Shown here piece by piece: positions 10,320-20,542 of a DNA stretch of 64,000 bases. Below the pieces are notes generated by a model. The model had not been told where the DNA came from, did no database searches, and was given only the letters and a program-made list of their open reading frames with translations. Position 1 is the stretch's first letter; every line of letters begins with the position of its first letter. Made by a program: the position numbers and the translations under genes. The DNA lies in the NCBI GenBank assembly GCA_028689025.1, contig JAQTXA010000016.1:84-64083 (forward strand), given 5' to 3'. The stretch is from Aliarcobacter sp. (GTDB taxonomy: Bacteria; Campylobacterota; Campylobacteria; Campylobacterales; Arcobacteraceae).

Positions 10320-11822
10320 ATGAAATTTTTAACCCTATATCTATTAATAATTAGTTGCTTAAGTGCAAGTACATTAAACTTATCTATGAGTTCAAGTCCT
10401 AGTAGACTAAATCCTATCTTAGCAAACGATAGTGCTAGTAGTGAAATATCAGATTGGCTTTTTAATGGCTTATTCAAATATGACAAAAATGGAAATCCAA
10501 CCGTTGATTTAGCAAAATCATATAACTTTGAAACACCAACAAAATTAATTGTAAAATTAAGGGAAGATGTACTTTGGCATGATAAAGAAAAATTCACAGC
10601 AAAAGATGTAATTTTTACTTATGAGCAAATTATTAATCCAAAAGTATTTAACTCTATAAAATCAAACTTCAAAGAAGTTCAAAGTGTTAAAGCACTTGAT
10701 GATTATACACTTGAGATAATTTATAAACAACCCTACTTTAAAGCTATTGAAACATGGATGGTTGGAATTCTTCCCTTTCATATTTTAAAAGATGATAAAG
10801 ATTTAATGACAAGTTCATTTAATAAAAATCCAATAGGAACTGGTTCTTATAAACTAAAAGAGTTTAAACAAGGGCAAGATATTGAACTGATTGCAAATGA
10901 AAATTATTATGATGGCAAACCCAAAATTGATAAAATTTTATATAAGTTTTTGCCTGATCCAAATACCTCTTTTTTATATTTAAAACAAAAAAAACTTGAT
11001 ATTGGTGGATTAGACCCAATTCAAGTTGATAGACAAATAGATGGTAATTTTAAAAGTAATTACACGATTATGCAAAAACCTAGTTTTTCATATACCTATT
11101 TAGGATTTAATTTAAAAAATGAGAAATTCAAAGATATAAGAATCAGACAAGCTTTATCATTTGCAATAAATAGACAAGAGTTAGTTGATATTCTATTTTT
11201 TGGTTATGGAAAAGTTTGTAATGGCCCTTTTTTACCTGGCTCATTTGCTTACAATGACGAAGTTAAACCAATTACTCAAGATATAGAAAAAGCAAAAAAG
11301 CTTTTAAAAGAAGCAGGTTTTGATGAAAAAAATCCTTTTACTTTTGAAATAGTTACAAATACAGGAAATGATATTAGAATAAATGCTGCTCAAATATTGC
11401 AATATCAGCTTCAAAAAGCTGGAATCATAATGAATATTAGAGTTATGGAGTGGCAAGCATTTTTAAATACTGTTGTTCATCCAAGAAAGTTTGAAGCTGT
11501 ACTTTTGGGTTGGTCACTAGCATTAATGCCAGATGCTTATCCACTATGGCATAGTTCAAGCTCAAAACTTGGTGGATTTAATTTAGTTTCATATGAAAAT
11601 CAAGAAGTTGATAAACTTATTGAAAAAGGTTCTAATACAATAAATAGAGAAGAATTAGGAAAAATATATAAAGAGATTTTCAAAAAAATTGATGATGATT
11701 TGCCATATCTATTTTTATATATACCAGATTCAATAACAGTCGTAAATAAAGATATAAAAAATATCGAACCATCTTTTATAGGAATAATGCATAACCAAAA
11801 AGATTGGGAACTAGAAAATTAA
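10320..11822 (+). CDS. Peptide/nickel ABC transporter substrate-binding protein (family 5)
   Basis: Signal peptide from ATG 10320; LWHD..FTAKDV and PIGTGSYKL motifs; the track extension to 10155 crosses rpsI and its terminator. Confidence 0.88.
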   Translation: MKFLTLYLLIISCLSASTLNLSMSSSPSRLNPILANDSASSEISDWLFNGLFKYDKNGNPTVDLAKSYNFETPTKLIVKLREDVLWHDKEKFTAKDVIFTYEQIINPKVFNSIKSNFKEVQSVKALDDYTLEIIYKQPYFKAIETWMVGILPFHILKDDKDLMTSSFNKNPIGTGSYKLKEFKQGQDIELIANENYYDGKPKIDKILYKFLPDPNTSFLYLKQKKLDIGGLDPIQVDRQIDGNFKSNYTIMQKPSFSYTYLGFNLKNEKFKDIRIRQALSFAINRQELVDILFFGYGKVCNGPFLPGSFAYNDEVKPITQDIEKAKKLLKEAGFDEKNPFTFEIVTNTGNDIRINAAQILQYQLQKAGIIMNIRVMEWQAFLNTVVHPRKFEAVLLGWSLALMPDAYPLWHSSSSKLGGFNLVSYENQEVDKLIEKGSNTINREELGKIYKEIFKKIDDDLPYLFLYIPDSITVVNKDIKNIEPSFIGIMHNQKDWELEN

Positions 11823-11860
11823 TAATTAAATTAATAATTAAAATAATAGGAAAAATATAC

Positions 11861-12514
11861 ATGGATAAAAATAAAATAATACTTTTTGATTTAGATGGAA
11901 CTTTAATAGACTCAACAGAAGCAATTGTTTCAACTTTTTATCACTCTTTTAAAGAGTTAGAATTTGAATTTAATGGTAATGATGAAACTATTAAATCTTT
12001 AATTGGTTACCCACTTGACATAATGTATAAAGAGTTAGGTGTAGATGAATCAAAAGTTTGGGATTTTGTTGACTCTTACAAAAACAGATACAGAGTTATT
12101 TCAAAAGAGCAAACTATACTTTTAGAAAATGCTTATGAAGCAGTTTATGAAGCCTCTTTATTTGCAAGGGTTAGTGTTGTTACTACAAAAACTAGAATGT
12201 ATACTATGCCTTTACTTGAACACTTTAATATCGCTCAATTTTTTGAAGTGGTAACTGGAAGAGAAAATGTACAAAATCCAAAACCACATCCTGAACCAAT
12301 TTTAATTACACTTGAACAGATGAATTATGATAAAGACAAACATTCTGTTTGGATGATTGGTGATACAAAACTAGATTTAATAGCTGCATCTGAAGCTAAT
12401 GTTAATTCTATTGGTCTTTTATGTGGATATGGAGAAAAAGAAGAGTTACTTAAATATACTAACATTATAAAATCCAATGCACTTGATGCAATCAATCACA
12501 TAAAAACATTATAA
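11861..12514 (+). CDS. HAD-superfamily hydrolase (phosphoglycolate phosphatase-like)
   Basis: FDLDGTLID, KPHPEP and IGDT..D motifs; SD-supported ATG 11861. Confidence 0.88.
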   Translation: MDKNKIILFDLDGTLIDSTEAIVSTFYHSFKELEFEFNGNDETIKSLIGYPLDIMYKELGVDESKVWDFVDSYKNRYRVISKEQTILLENAYEAVYEASLFARVSVVTTKTRMYTMPLLEHFNIAQFFEVVTGRENVQNPKPHPEPILITLEQMNYDKDKHSVWMIGDTKLDLIAASEANVNSIGLLCGYGEKEELLKYTNIIKSNALDAINHIKTL

Positions 12515-12824
12515 CAACTAATTAACTATAGCTTAATATTATAAACTACTTATTATTTAACAAATAGTTAAAAGTTTGTAGTTCTATAATATTTCTATAT
12601 TTATATTATCCTCAAATAATAACTAATATATCGTTTAAATAGTACTTTGTACTCTATAGATAATTTCTTGAGTTGACTTTCTTTTTATAAAAATTATTCT
12701 TAATTTATTGTTCAATAAAAAATTAAGTTAATAAAAGTTCATTTAAGTTAAAATTTTCTATAATACAAAAGACTAATTAAATTTTTTAAGTCAAATTTAA
12801 TATTAAATAATAAGGAGAGCCTCT

Positions 12825-13388
12825 ATGTTAGAAATTAGATGGCATAGCCGTGCAGGACAAGGTGCTGTAACTGGTGCAAAAGGTCTTGGTTCTGTTGTTG
12901 CTGAAACAGGTAAACAAGTTCAAGCTTTTGCTTTTTATGGTTCAGCTAAAAGAGGTGCGTCAATGACGGCATACAATAGAATTGATGATGAACCAATATT
13001 TAATCATGAAAAATATATGCAACCTGATTTTGTTTTTATTCTAGATCCAGGTCTAGCAATTACAGATAATATTACTGCAAATGGAAAAGAGACTACAAAA
13101 TATATTATTACAACACACCTTGAAAAAGAAGAATTAATCTCTTTAGTTCCTACTTTACAAGGTATTGAAGATAGGGTATTCGTACTTGATTGTTTTCAAA
13201 TTGCAAGGGATACAATAGGAAAGGCCATTCCAAATACTCCAATGCTTGGTGCATTTATGAAAGTTAGTGGAATGTTTGAACTTGACTATTTTAAAGAGAA
13301 AATGAAAGGTGTACTTAAAAAGTTACCTCAAAATGTTATTGATGCAAATATGATTGCAATCCAACGAGCTTATGATGAAGTTCACTAA
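12825..13388 (+). CDS. porC: Pyruvate:flavodoxin/ferredoxin oxidoreductase gamma subunit
   Basis: EIRWHSRAGQGAVT and YGSAKRG, as in Helicobacter PorG/PorC. Confidence 0.93.
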   Translation: MLEIRWHSRAGQGAVTGAKGLGSVVAETGKQVQAFAFYGSAKRGASMTAYNRIDDEPIFNHEKYMQPDFVFILDPGLAITDNITANGKETTKYIITTHLEKEELISLVPTLQGIEDRVFVLDCFQIARDTIGKAIPNTPMLGAFMKVSGMFELDYFKEKMKGVLKKLPQNVIDANMIAIQRAYDEVH

Positions 13389-13400
13389 AAGGATAAAAAA

Positions 13401-13811
13401 ATGAGTAAACCAATAAGTGAAATGGGATGGGATGAGTTAGTACCTGGTGCTGCTCTTTTTACATTCAACGGTGATATAAATTATAATATTGCAGATATGC
13501 AACCAGAAGATAGAATGTATTCAGAAACTAGCTCAAAAAGTATGAGTGTAGGAGACTGGAGAGTTCTTAAACCAGTTTGGAATTCTGAGACATGTATTGA
13601 CTGTCAAAATTGCTGGATATTCTGTCCAGATACATCAATCATTGCAAGAAATAAAGAGATGAAAGGTGTTGATTATGAACACTGTAAAGGTTGCGGATTA
13701 TGTGTAAGCGTTTGTCCTACAAATCCAAAATCACTTTTAATGTTCAATGAGTATGAAACTGTTGAAAATGCACTTGCACAATGGCCTGAGAAAAAAAAGA
13801 AAGGTGAATAA
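13401..13811 (+). CDS. porD: Pyruvate oxidoreductase delta subunit (2x[4Fe-4S])
   Basis: CIDCQNCWIFCP and CKGCGLCVSVCP. Confidence 0.93.
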   Translation: MSKPISEMGWDELVPGAALFTFNGDINYNIADMQPEDRMYSETSSKSMSVGDWRVLKPVWNSETCIDCQNCWIFCPDTSIIARNKEMKGVDYEHCKGCGLCVSVCPTNPKSLLMFNEYETVENALAQWPEKKKKGE

Positions 13812-13813
13812 TA

Positions 13814-15055
13814 ATGAATAAAAGAGTAATGGAATTAAAAGGTGTTGAAGTTTGGGATGGAAACATGGCAAATTCTCAGGCTTTAAGACAAGCCGATGTA
13901 GATGTTGTTGCTGCTTATCCTATTACACCTTCAACTGCAACAGTTGAGAATTATGCAATGTTCCATGCAAATGGATATATTGATGGTGAAGTAATCATGG
14001 TTGAATCTGAACATGCAGCAATGAGTGCATGTGTTGGAGCTGGAGCTGCTGGTGGGAGAGTTGCAACTGCAACTTCGTCTCAAGGATTAGCTCTAATGAT
14101 TGAAGTATTATATCAAGCATCTGGAATGAGAATTCCTGTTGTTTTATGTTTAGTTAATAGAGCATTAGCAGCACCATTAAATGTAAATGGTGACCACTCA
14201 GATTTATATCTTACAAGAGATGCTGGATGGGTTTCTATTGATGCATTTTCTCCACAACAAGCTTATGATATGACTTTAATGGCATTTAAAATTTCTGAGC
14301 ATCCAGATGTTAGATTACCAGTTATTTCTAACCAAGATGGATTTATGACTTCTCATACTGCTCAAAATGTTATTCCATTAAAAGATGATGTAGCTTGTAA
14401 ATTTGTAGGTGATTACTTACAAGTAAATGCACTTTTAAATTTTGACAAACCAGTAACTCATGGTGTACAAACTGAACAAGATTGGCACTTTGAACACAAA
14501 GCAAAACAACATGCAGCTTTAATGGCTTCTAAAAAAGTTATTCTTGAAACATTTAAAGAGTTCAAAGAGTTAACAGGAAGAGAATATAAACTTGTTGAAT
14601 CTTATAATTTAGAAAATGCAGATGTTGCAATCGTATGTTTAGGTTCAACTTACGAAACAGCAATGTTAGCAATTAACCAACTAAAAGAAGAAGGAATAAA
14701 TGCAGCAGTTGTAGCACCAAGAGTATTTAGACCTTTCCCACTTGAAGAAATTGCTGAGACTTTACAAGGGATGAAAGCAATTGCATGTATGGATAGATCT
14801 GCACCTGGTGGAACTGTTGGAGTATTATTTAATGAAATTTCTGGTGCGTTAATAAACACAAAAGCTAGACCATTAATGTCTAATCTTATCTATGGTTTAG
14901 GTGGAAGAGATATGACTGTAGCTTTATTAAAAGATATATTTAGAACATTAGATAAAGAAGCGAAAGCTGGAAAACTATCTGGAAAAATCCAAAGATTTGT
15001 TGGAGTTAGAGGACCAGAACTTAGTTTCTATGAAGTGCAAGGAGAGACAAAATGA
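13814..15055 (+). CDS. porA: Pyruvate oxidoreductase alpha subunit
   Basis: AAYPITPST, ESEHAAMS and NRAL motifs. Confidence 0.95.
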   Translation: MNKRVMELKGVEVWDGNMANSQALRQADVDVVAAYPITPSTATVENYAMFHANGYIDGEVIMVESEHAAMSACVGAGAAGGRVATATSSQGLALMIEVLYQASGMRIPVVLCLVNRALAAPLNVNGDHSDLYLTRDAGWVSIDAFSPQQAYDMTLMAFKISEHPDVRLPVISNQDGFMTSHTAQNVIPLKDDVACKFVGDYLQVNALLNFDKPVTHGVQTEQDWHFEHKAKQHAALMASKKVILETFKEFKELTGREYKLVESYNLENADVAIVCLGSTYETAMLAINQLKEEGINAAVVAPRVFRPFPLEEIAETLQGMKAIACMDRSAPGGTVGVLFNEISGALINTKARPLMSNLIYGLGGRDMTVALLKDIFRTLDKEAKAGKLSGKIQRFVGVRGPELSFYEVQGETK

Positions 15056-16020
15056 GTACATTAGTTAATACACAAAAAGAGATTAAAAACTTAAAATCAT
15101 TTTCAACAGCTGCTGAAAGATTTGAAGGTTCTCACCTTTTATGTCCAGGTTGTGCCCACTCAATTATCGTTAGAGAAGTTTTAAATGCAACAAATGATAA
15201 CTTAGTAGTATCTGCTTCAACTGGATGTTTAGAAGTTTGTACAGCAATTTATCCTCATACTTCATGGGATTGTTCTTGGATTCATATCGGATTTGAAAAC
15301 TCTTCAACTGCAATGGCAGGAGTTGAGACAATGAACAAAGCATTAAGAAACAAAGGAAGAATCTCAGCTGATACTCCTCAACCAAAATTTGTAACTTTTG
15401 GTGGAGATGGTTCAACTTATGATATTGGATTCCAATGGATTTCGGGATGTTTTGAAAGAGGACATGACTTTATGTATGTTTGTTTAGACAATGAAGTTTA
15501 CGCAAACACAGGAGGACAAAGAAGTTCATCTACACCAATTGGTTCAAGTACAACAACTGCACCTGCTGGAAGCCACTCTTATGGTGAAAAAAGACAGAAA
15601 AAAGATATCGTATCTATCATGGCAGCTCATGGTGCACCTTATGTTGCTCAAGTTGCTCCAAATAAATGGAAAGATATGGTTAAAAAAATCCAAAGAGGTT
15701 TTGATACACATGGACCTGTATTTATAAATGCAATGAGTGCATGTACAACTGAGTGGAAATTTGCACCAAATCAAACTATTGAAGTTTCTGATTTAGCAGT
15801 TGATTCACTTGTTTTCCCATTATATGAAATCATTGATGGAAGAGAATTAAACATCACTTACAGACCAAAAAACATTGTTCCTGTTAGGGATTATTTAGGT
15901 GCTCAACCTAGATTTAAACACTTATTTAAACCTGAATATGAATACTTAATTGATGAATGGCAAAAAAGAGTTGACGAAAGATGGGTATTCTTACAAAAAA
16001 GAGAAGAAATTAGAATGTAA
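15052..16020 (+). CDS. porB: Pyruvate oxidoreductase beta subunit
   Basis: CPGC, GGDG and DNEVYANTGGQRS (TPP-binding) motifs. Confidence 0.95.
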   Translation: MSTLVNTQKEIKNLKSFSTAAERFEGSHLLCPGCAHSIIVREVLNATNDNLVVSASTGCLEVCTAIYPHTSWDCSWIHIGFENSSTAMAGVETMNKALRNKGRISADTPQPKFVTFGGDGSTYDIGFQWISGCFERGHDFMYVCLDNEVYANTGGQRSSSTPIGSSTTTAPAGSHSYGEKRQKKDIVSIMAAHGAPYVAQVAPNKWKDMVKKIQRGFDTHGPVFINAMSACTTEWKFAPNQTIEVSDLAVDSLVFPLYEIIDGRELNITYRPKNIVPVRDYLGAQPRFKHLFKPEYEYLIDEWQKRVDERWVFLQKREEIRM

Positions 16021-16032
16021 TTTCTTCTCTTT
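15998..16032 (+). terminator. Terminator hairpin overlapping the end of porB
   Basis: 15-bp perfect stem AAAGAGAAGAAATTA-gaatg-TAATTTCTTCTCTTT spanning the last codons and the stop. Confidence 0.7.
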
Positions 16033-16221
16033 GTTTGAAAAATAAAAACTTTTTTAAAAGTTTTGTTTTTCTTACATTTATATTACATTTTATTTTAATA
16101 CTATATCAAAGTCTATTAATTTACCTCCTACTTTAAATATGACTCAAAAATACTAACAATTTTCCTATTCCCATTTCATATTTTGCTTCCTTATTGAAAT
16201 GGGAATTTTATTTTTTCCTTT
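16032..16221 (-). ncRNA. Candidate GGA-rich small RNA
   Basis: Minus-strand TATAAT (16227-16222); five GGA motifs within 16126-16218; 12-bp stem (16167-16178 with 16195-16206) carrying AAGGA in its loop. Confidence 0.3.
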
Positions 16222-16360
16222 ATTATAAAATAAATGTTTCAATATATTTAAAATTCTTCAAATGGTGCTAAATTTTTTATTTAGAAATCATATAAAAGGC
16301 CAATTTCGATAAAATAATGATTCTTTTTATAAAAGCAATTAAAATAGCAAAGGATAAAAC

Positions 16361-17998
16361 TTGATAAATGAATTAGCAGGTAAAAAAGCACCTAAAGAAA
16401 TACTAGAAAATATTGAGAAATTAATTGAAGCCTATTATATTAATAAGCCAGATGTAAATATTCAAAGTCAAAAAGTTAGTTTTGGAACATCTGGGCATAG
16501 AGGAAGTTCTACAAAATCAAGTTTTAATGAAGACCATATTCTAGCAATCACTCAAGCACTTTGTGAGTATAGAAAAGGTGCTGGAATAACTGGTATTATG
16601 CATATAGGAATTGATACTCATGCTTTATCAACGCCAGCTCAAATAACAGCTTTACAAGTTTTTTTAGCAAATGAAGTTCAATGCAAGATTGCACCAGAGA
16701 ACTCATATACTCCAACTCCTGTTATGTCTTTTACAATAATTGAATCAAATAAAAGTTCAACAGATTTAAATGATGGTGTAATTATAACTCCTTCACATAA
16801 TCCTCCATGTGATGGTGGATTTAAATACAACACTCCAAATGGAGGACCTTCTGATACTGATGTTACATCTGTTATAGAAAAAAGAGCAAATGAAATACTA
16901 AAAGATGGTCTAAAAGATGTTAAATTCATAGCTAAAGATAAAATATATGAATCTAAATTTTTAGAAATTGCTGATTTTATAACACCTTATGTAAAAGCAT
17001 TAGACACTATTATTGATATGGATATTATAAAAAATGCAAATCTAAATATTGGTGTAGATCCATTAGGTGGGTCTGGGTTAGAAGTTTATAAAAAAATAAA
17101 TGAAATTTATGGCCTTAACCTTGATATTGTAAATGATTCAATTGACCCTACTTTTTCTTTTATGTCATGTGACCATGATGGAAAAATAAGAATGGATTGT
17201 TCTTCTCCTTATGCTATGGCTTCACTTATACAATTAGCTGATAAATATGATATTGCCTTTGCAAATGACCCCGATTTTGATAGACATGGAATTGTAACAA
17301 AAAGTGTTGGACTTATGAATCCTAATCATTATTTAACTGTTGCTATTTGGTATCTATTTTCAAATAGAAAATCTTGGAAAAATGATTTAGGAGTTGGAAA
17401 AACTTTAGTTTCAAGTTCAATGATTGATAAAGTTGTTAAATCTTTAGATAAAAGACTTTATGAAGTACCTGTTGGATTTAAATGGTTTGTTGAAGGTTTA
17501 TATGATGGAAGTTTAGCTTTTGGTGGAGAAGAGAGTGCGGGAGCTTCATTTTTAAGAAAAGATGGAAGTGTTTGGTCTACTGATAAAGATGGAATTATTT
17601 TAAACCTTTTAGCTGCTGAAATTACTGCAAAACTAAAAAAAGACCCAGGAGTTATTTATCAAGAGTTCGAAAAAGAGTTTGGTAAAGCTTATTATAAAAG
17701 AGTAGATGCTGTTGCAAATTATGAACAAAAAGCAAAACTAAAAAATCTTAGTGTAAAAGATATTACATCTAAAACTTTAGCAAATGAAGAAATAGAAAAT
17801 ATTTATACAAATGCAAGTGGAAATAATGCAAGTATAGGTGGTCTAAAAGTTACAACAAAAAATGGTTGGTTTGCAGCTCGACCTTCTGGAACTGAGGATA
17901 TTTATAAAATTTATGCTGAAAGTTTTATAAGTGAAGAGCATTTAGAATTACTAATAAAAGAGGCTCAATATTTAGTTTTAAAAAGCATAGAAGCATAA
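16361..17998 (+). CDS. pgm: Phosphoglucomutase
   Basis: FGTSGHRGSS, TPSHNPP, DPDFDR, GGEES and RPSGTE motifs; TTG start. Confidence 0.95.
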   Translation: MINELAGKKAPKEILENIEKLIEAYYINKPDVNIQSQKVSFGTSGHRGSSTKSSFNEDHILAITQALCEYRKGAGITGIMHIGIDTHALSTPAQITALQVFLANEVQCKIAPENSYTPTPVMSFTIIESNKSSTDLNDGVIITPSHNPPCDGGFKYNTPNGGPSDTDVTSVIEKRANEILKDGLKDVKFIAKDKIYESKFLEIADFITPYVKALDTIIDMDIIKNANLNIGVDPLGGSGLEVYKKINEIYGLNLDIVNDSIDPTFSFMSCDHDGKIRMDCSSPYAMASLIQLADKYDIAFANDPDFDRHGIVTKSVGLMNPNHYLTVAIWYLFSNRKSWKNDLGVGKTLVSSSMIDKVVKSLDKRLYEVPVGFKWFVEGLYDGSLAFGGEESAGASFLRKDGSVWSTDKDGIILNLLAAEITAKLKKDPGVIYQEFEKEFGKAYYKRVDAVANYEQKAKLKNLSVKDITSKTLANEEIENIYTNASGNNASIGGLKVTTKNGWFAARPSGTEDIYKIYAESFISEEHLELLIKEAQYLVLKSIEA

Positions 17999-18029
17999 AA
18001 AAATATTTAACAACTGACCTAGGAAATCT

Positions 18030-19067
18030 ATGATAAACATGCAACAATTATCTCAAATGTTACTTGCACTTTTCATAGGTCTTTTAGGTTCTATTTTATT
18101 TATATTTTTACATCTTCCACTTCCATGGCTTTTAGGAGCTATTTTTACAACTTCTATTGCCATGCGATTTGAAAATCTTCCAATACAAAGTCCAAGAATA
18201 TTTTCTGCACCTGCTAGGATTCTAATTGGTCTTATTATTGGAAGTGCTTTTACTCCAGAAATTCTAGAATTTCTTCACATCTATTTATTTAGTATATTGT
18301 TAATTATTCCCTATTCAATTATTGTTACATTTGCAGGAATGTATTATTATGTTAGATTTCTAAGATTTGATAGAAAAACAGCTTTTTTTAGTTCAACTCC
18401 AGGTGGAGTTGTAGAGATGGTGATTTTAGGAGAGGAACAAAAAGCTGATACTTCAAAAATTACCCTTGTTCAATCTTCAAGACTTTTATTTGTGGTTTTA
18501 ACTCTGCCTTTTATTATTCAATATATTTTTCATTTGGATATTAGTGGAAATCAGTTAATTACAAAAGCCCTAAAAGATACAAATTTAACTGAATTTTTCT
18601 ATTTAATTATACTTGGTACTTTTGGAGCATTATTGGCAAAAAAGCTAAGAATGTCAGCTGCTTTTCTAATTGGCCCCATGATTTTAAGCGTAATTGCTTA
18701 TAGTGGTGGTTTTGTTCATACTTTGATTCCCGATGAATTAATCAAATTTGTTCAAGTAATTTTTGGAACAATTATAGGTTTTACTTTTAAAGGTGTAAAG
18801 TTACGAATGATTATAAAAACTCTTATGGGAACATTTGGGCATTTTGTGATTATTGGTTTGATTTCTTCTTTTTTTGTATTTATTGCTTACTACTTTTTTG
18901 ATTTTCCAGTTGTTTCAATTCTTTTAGCTTTTAGTCCAGGAGGACAAACTGAGATGAATCTAATTGCTTTAATTGTTGGAGCAAATGTTCCATATATTAC
19001 AATCCATCATATTATGAGACTTTTTATAGTTATGAATTTAGCGCCAATAGTTGCAAAAAGATTATAG
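18030..19067 (+). CDS. AbrB-family (AmoA-like) membrane protein
   Basis: Duplicated membrane repeat with LPLPWLLGA, TPGG..EM and SPGG..EM. Confidence 0.85.
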   Translation: MINMQQLSQMLLALFIGLLGSILFIFLHLPLPWLLGAIFTTSIAMRFENLPIQSPRIFSAPARILIGLIIGSAFTPEILEFLHIYLFSILLIIPYSIIVTFAGMYYYVRFLRFDRKTAFFSSTPGGVVEMVILGEEQKADTSKITLVQSSRLLFVVLTLPFIIQYIFHLDISGNQLITKALKDTNLTEFFYLIILGTFGALLAKKLRMSAAFLIGPMILSVIAYSGGFVHTLIPDELIKFVQVIFGTIIGFTFKGVKLRMIIKTLMGTFGHFVIIGLISSFFVFIAYYFFDFPVVSILLAFSPGGQTEMNLIALIVGANVPYITIHHIMRLFIVMNLAPIVAKRL

Positions 19068-19637
19068 ATTACTTATATTTTTAAACAAATCATCCATGAT
19101 TTCATTTAATGTTTTATTTAAACTATTCACAAACTCATAGGGTTTTGTTTGAGCAACTAAAACTTTTTTATCATAAGTAAATGATTTTACAAGTTTTTCA
19201 TCCTTTAATAAATCAAACTTTATTTTTAAAATAACATAAGATTTATCTGCATTTATTTCATTATAGATTTTTATCACATTTGTTTTTAAAACATAATCAT
19301 ATTTAACTTTTGTCTCTTCTTGTGAAACTAAAGAAAAGATATTACTAGCTTGAAAAGATTCCAATAAAGAGTTATGAATCATACTACTTGGAAGATTCAT
19401 CCATCTATTTTTTGCATACTCTTCAAATAGATATGGTTTTGTACTATAAAAAATTGACCTTGAATTAAAACTTTTGTTTACAAGTGGTTCTTCAATTAAA
19501 ATAGATTTATCAATTTTTTTATAACTCTTACTATTTTGTGAAAAATCAATAGAGTAACTATTTGAATCTATTGATTCTTGTTTAAATGAACATCCCGATA
19601 TTAAAACTATTATTAAAAGGTAAAAAAGATTTTTCAT
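19062..19637 (-). CDS. ABC transport auxiliary lipoprotein (PqiC-like)
   Basis: Lipobox ISGC; Y....W..LPS.M motif; last gene of the MCE operon. Confidence 0.8.
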   Translation of the reverse strand: MKNLFYLLIIVLISGCSFKQESIDSNSYSIDFSQNSKSYKKIDKSILIEEPLVNKSFNSRSIFYSTKPYLFEEYAKNRWMNLPSSMIHNSLLESFQASNIFSLVSQEETKVKYDYVLKTNVIKIYNEINADKSYVILKIKFDLLKDEKLVKSFTYDKKVLVAQTKPYEFVNSLNKTLNEIMDDLFKNISNL

Positions 19638-19639
19638 GT

Positions 19640-20542
19640 TTATTCTCCTGGGCCATTTTTTATATTTTTTTGTTTAAATAAAATATCACTTGGACTCTCA
19701 TTTAGATTATCAATTAGATTTTGTGTTTGAGAAAGTGTCTCATCTAAACCATTTAAAAGTGTATTTAATTTATCAAAACTCTCTTTTGACATATCTTTTA
19801 CATCAAAAGTTCCTTTTTTTAATTCACTTAAAAGCTGTGTTGATAACTCTTTAAATGTATTTGCAGATTTTTCAATACTATCAAAAGATTTATTCCCAGT
19901 TTTTGCTAATGTTGAAATATTATTCAAAAGCTCATCAATTTTTTTCTCATTTGCCACAAGATAAGAGCTAAATTGTTCCATATTATTCATACTATTTTGA
20001 GTTTTTACAAGTATTTGAGAAATTGAGTTTATATTTTCATCGGCTAAAAGTTTTTTCATTTGCACTAAAACAATTGTTAACTCATTTGTTAAATCAGTTG
20101 TTGAATCAACCAAAGTTGTCAAATCTGATGTTTTTGATTTTATGATTTTTATACCTTTTTCATTTGCTTCTAAAAGTTTAGAACTATTACTCCCACCTTT
20201 TAGCTCGATATATTTAAGTCCAGTAATTCCAAGATTTCCTAAAACCGCATAGTTATTCTCTTTTATTGGAGTCCCTTTATTAATTACAATATTTATCTCT
20301 ATCTCTTCAGAGTTATTAGGATTTATTTTTATTTCATTTACATTTCCAACAATAAATCCTTTATATTTAATTGAAGAACCTAGATTTAATCCAGAAATTG
20401 ACTCATTAAAATAGATTGTATATTCGTCAAATTTTTTCTTTTCAAAGCCATATTTTCCTAACCAAAATACAATCCCTAGAAGTAAAATTATAAGTGTGCT
20501 TATAAATAGCCCTATTTTAAAAAAGTTTATTTTAGTATCCAT
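19640..20542 (-). CDS. mlaD: MCE/MlaD-family protein
   Basis: N-terminal TM, GL..GS.IKYKG..VG.V MCE motif, helical C-terminus. Confidence 0.88.
   Translation of the reverse strand: MDTKINFFKIGLFISTLIILLLGIVFWLGKYGFEKKKFDEYTIYFNESISGLNLGSSIKYKGFIVGNVNEIKINPNNSEEIEINIVINKGTPIKENNYAVLGNLGITGLKYIELKGGSNSSKLLEANEKGIKIIKSKTSDLTTLVDSTTDLTNELTIVLVQMKKLLADENINSISQILVKTQNSMNNMEQFSSYLVANEKKIDELLNNISTLAKTGNKSFDSIEKSANTFKELSTQLLSELKKGTFDVKDMSKESFDKLNTLLNGLDETLSQTQNLIDNLNESPSDILFKQKNIKNGPGE

Noticed and set aside
11819-11842. 12-bp tandem repeat TTAATAATTAAA x2
   Set aside because: A/T only and two copies; expected by chance in this genome
7213-11861. Extended N-termini in the track (7213, 10155, 11804; likewise 22475, 53537, 60601)
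   Set aside because: They run into upstream genes or terminators; SD spacing or domain boundaries support the downstream ATGs
16167-16206. ATTCCC...GGGAAT resembling Neisseria dRS3
   Set aside because: The spacer is far longer than N8 and there is a single copy; treated as an RNA hairpin instead
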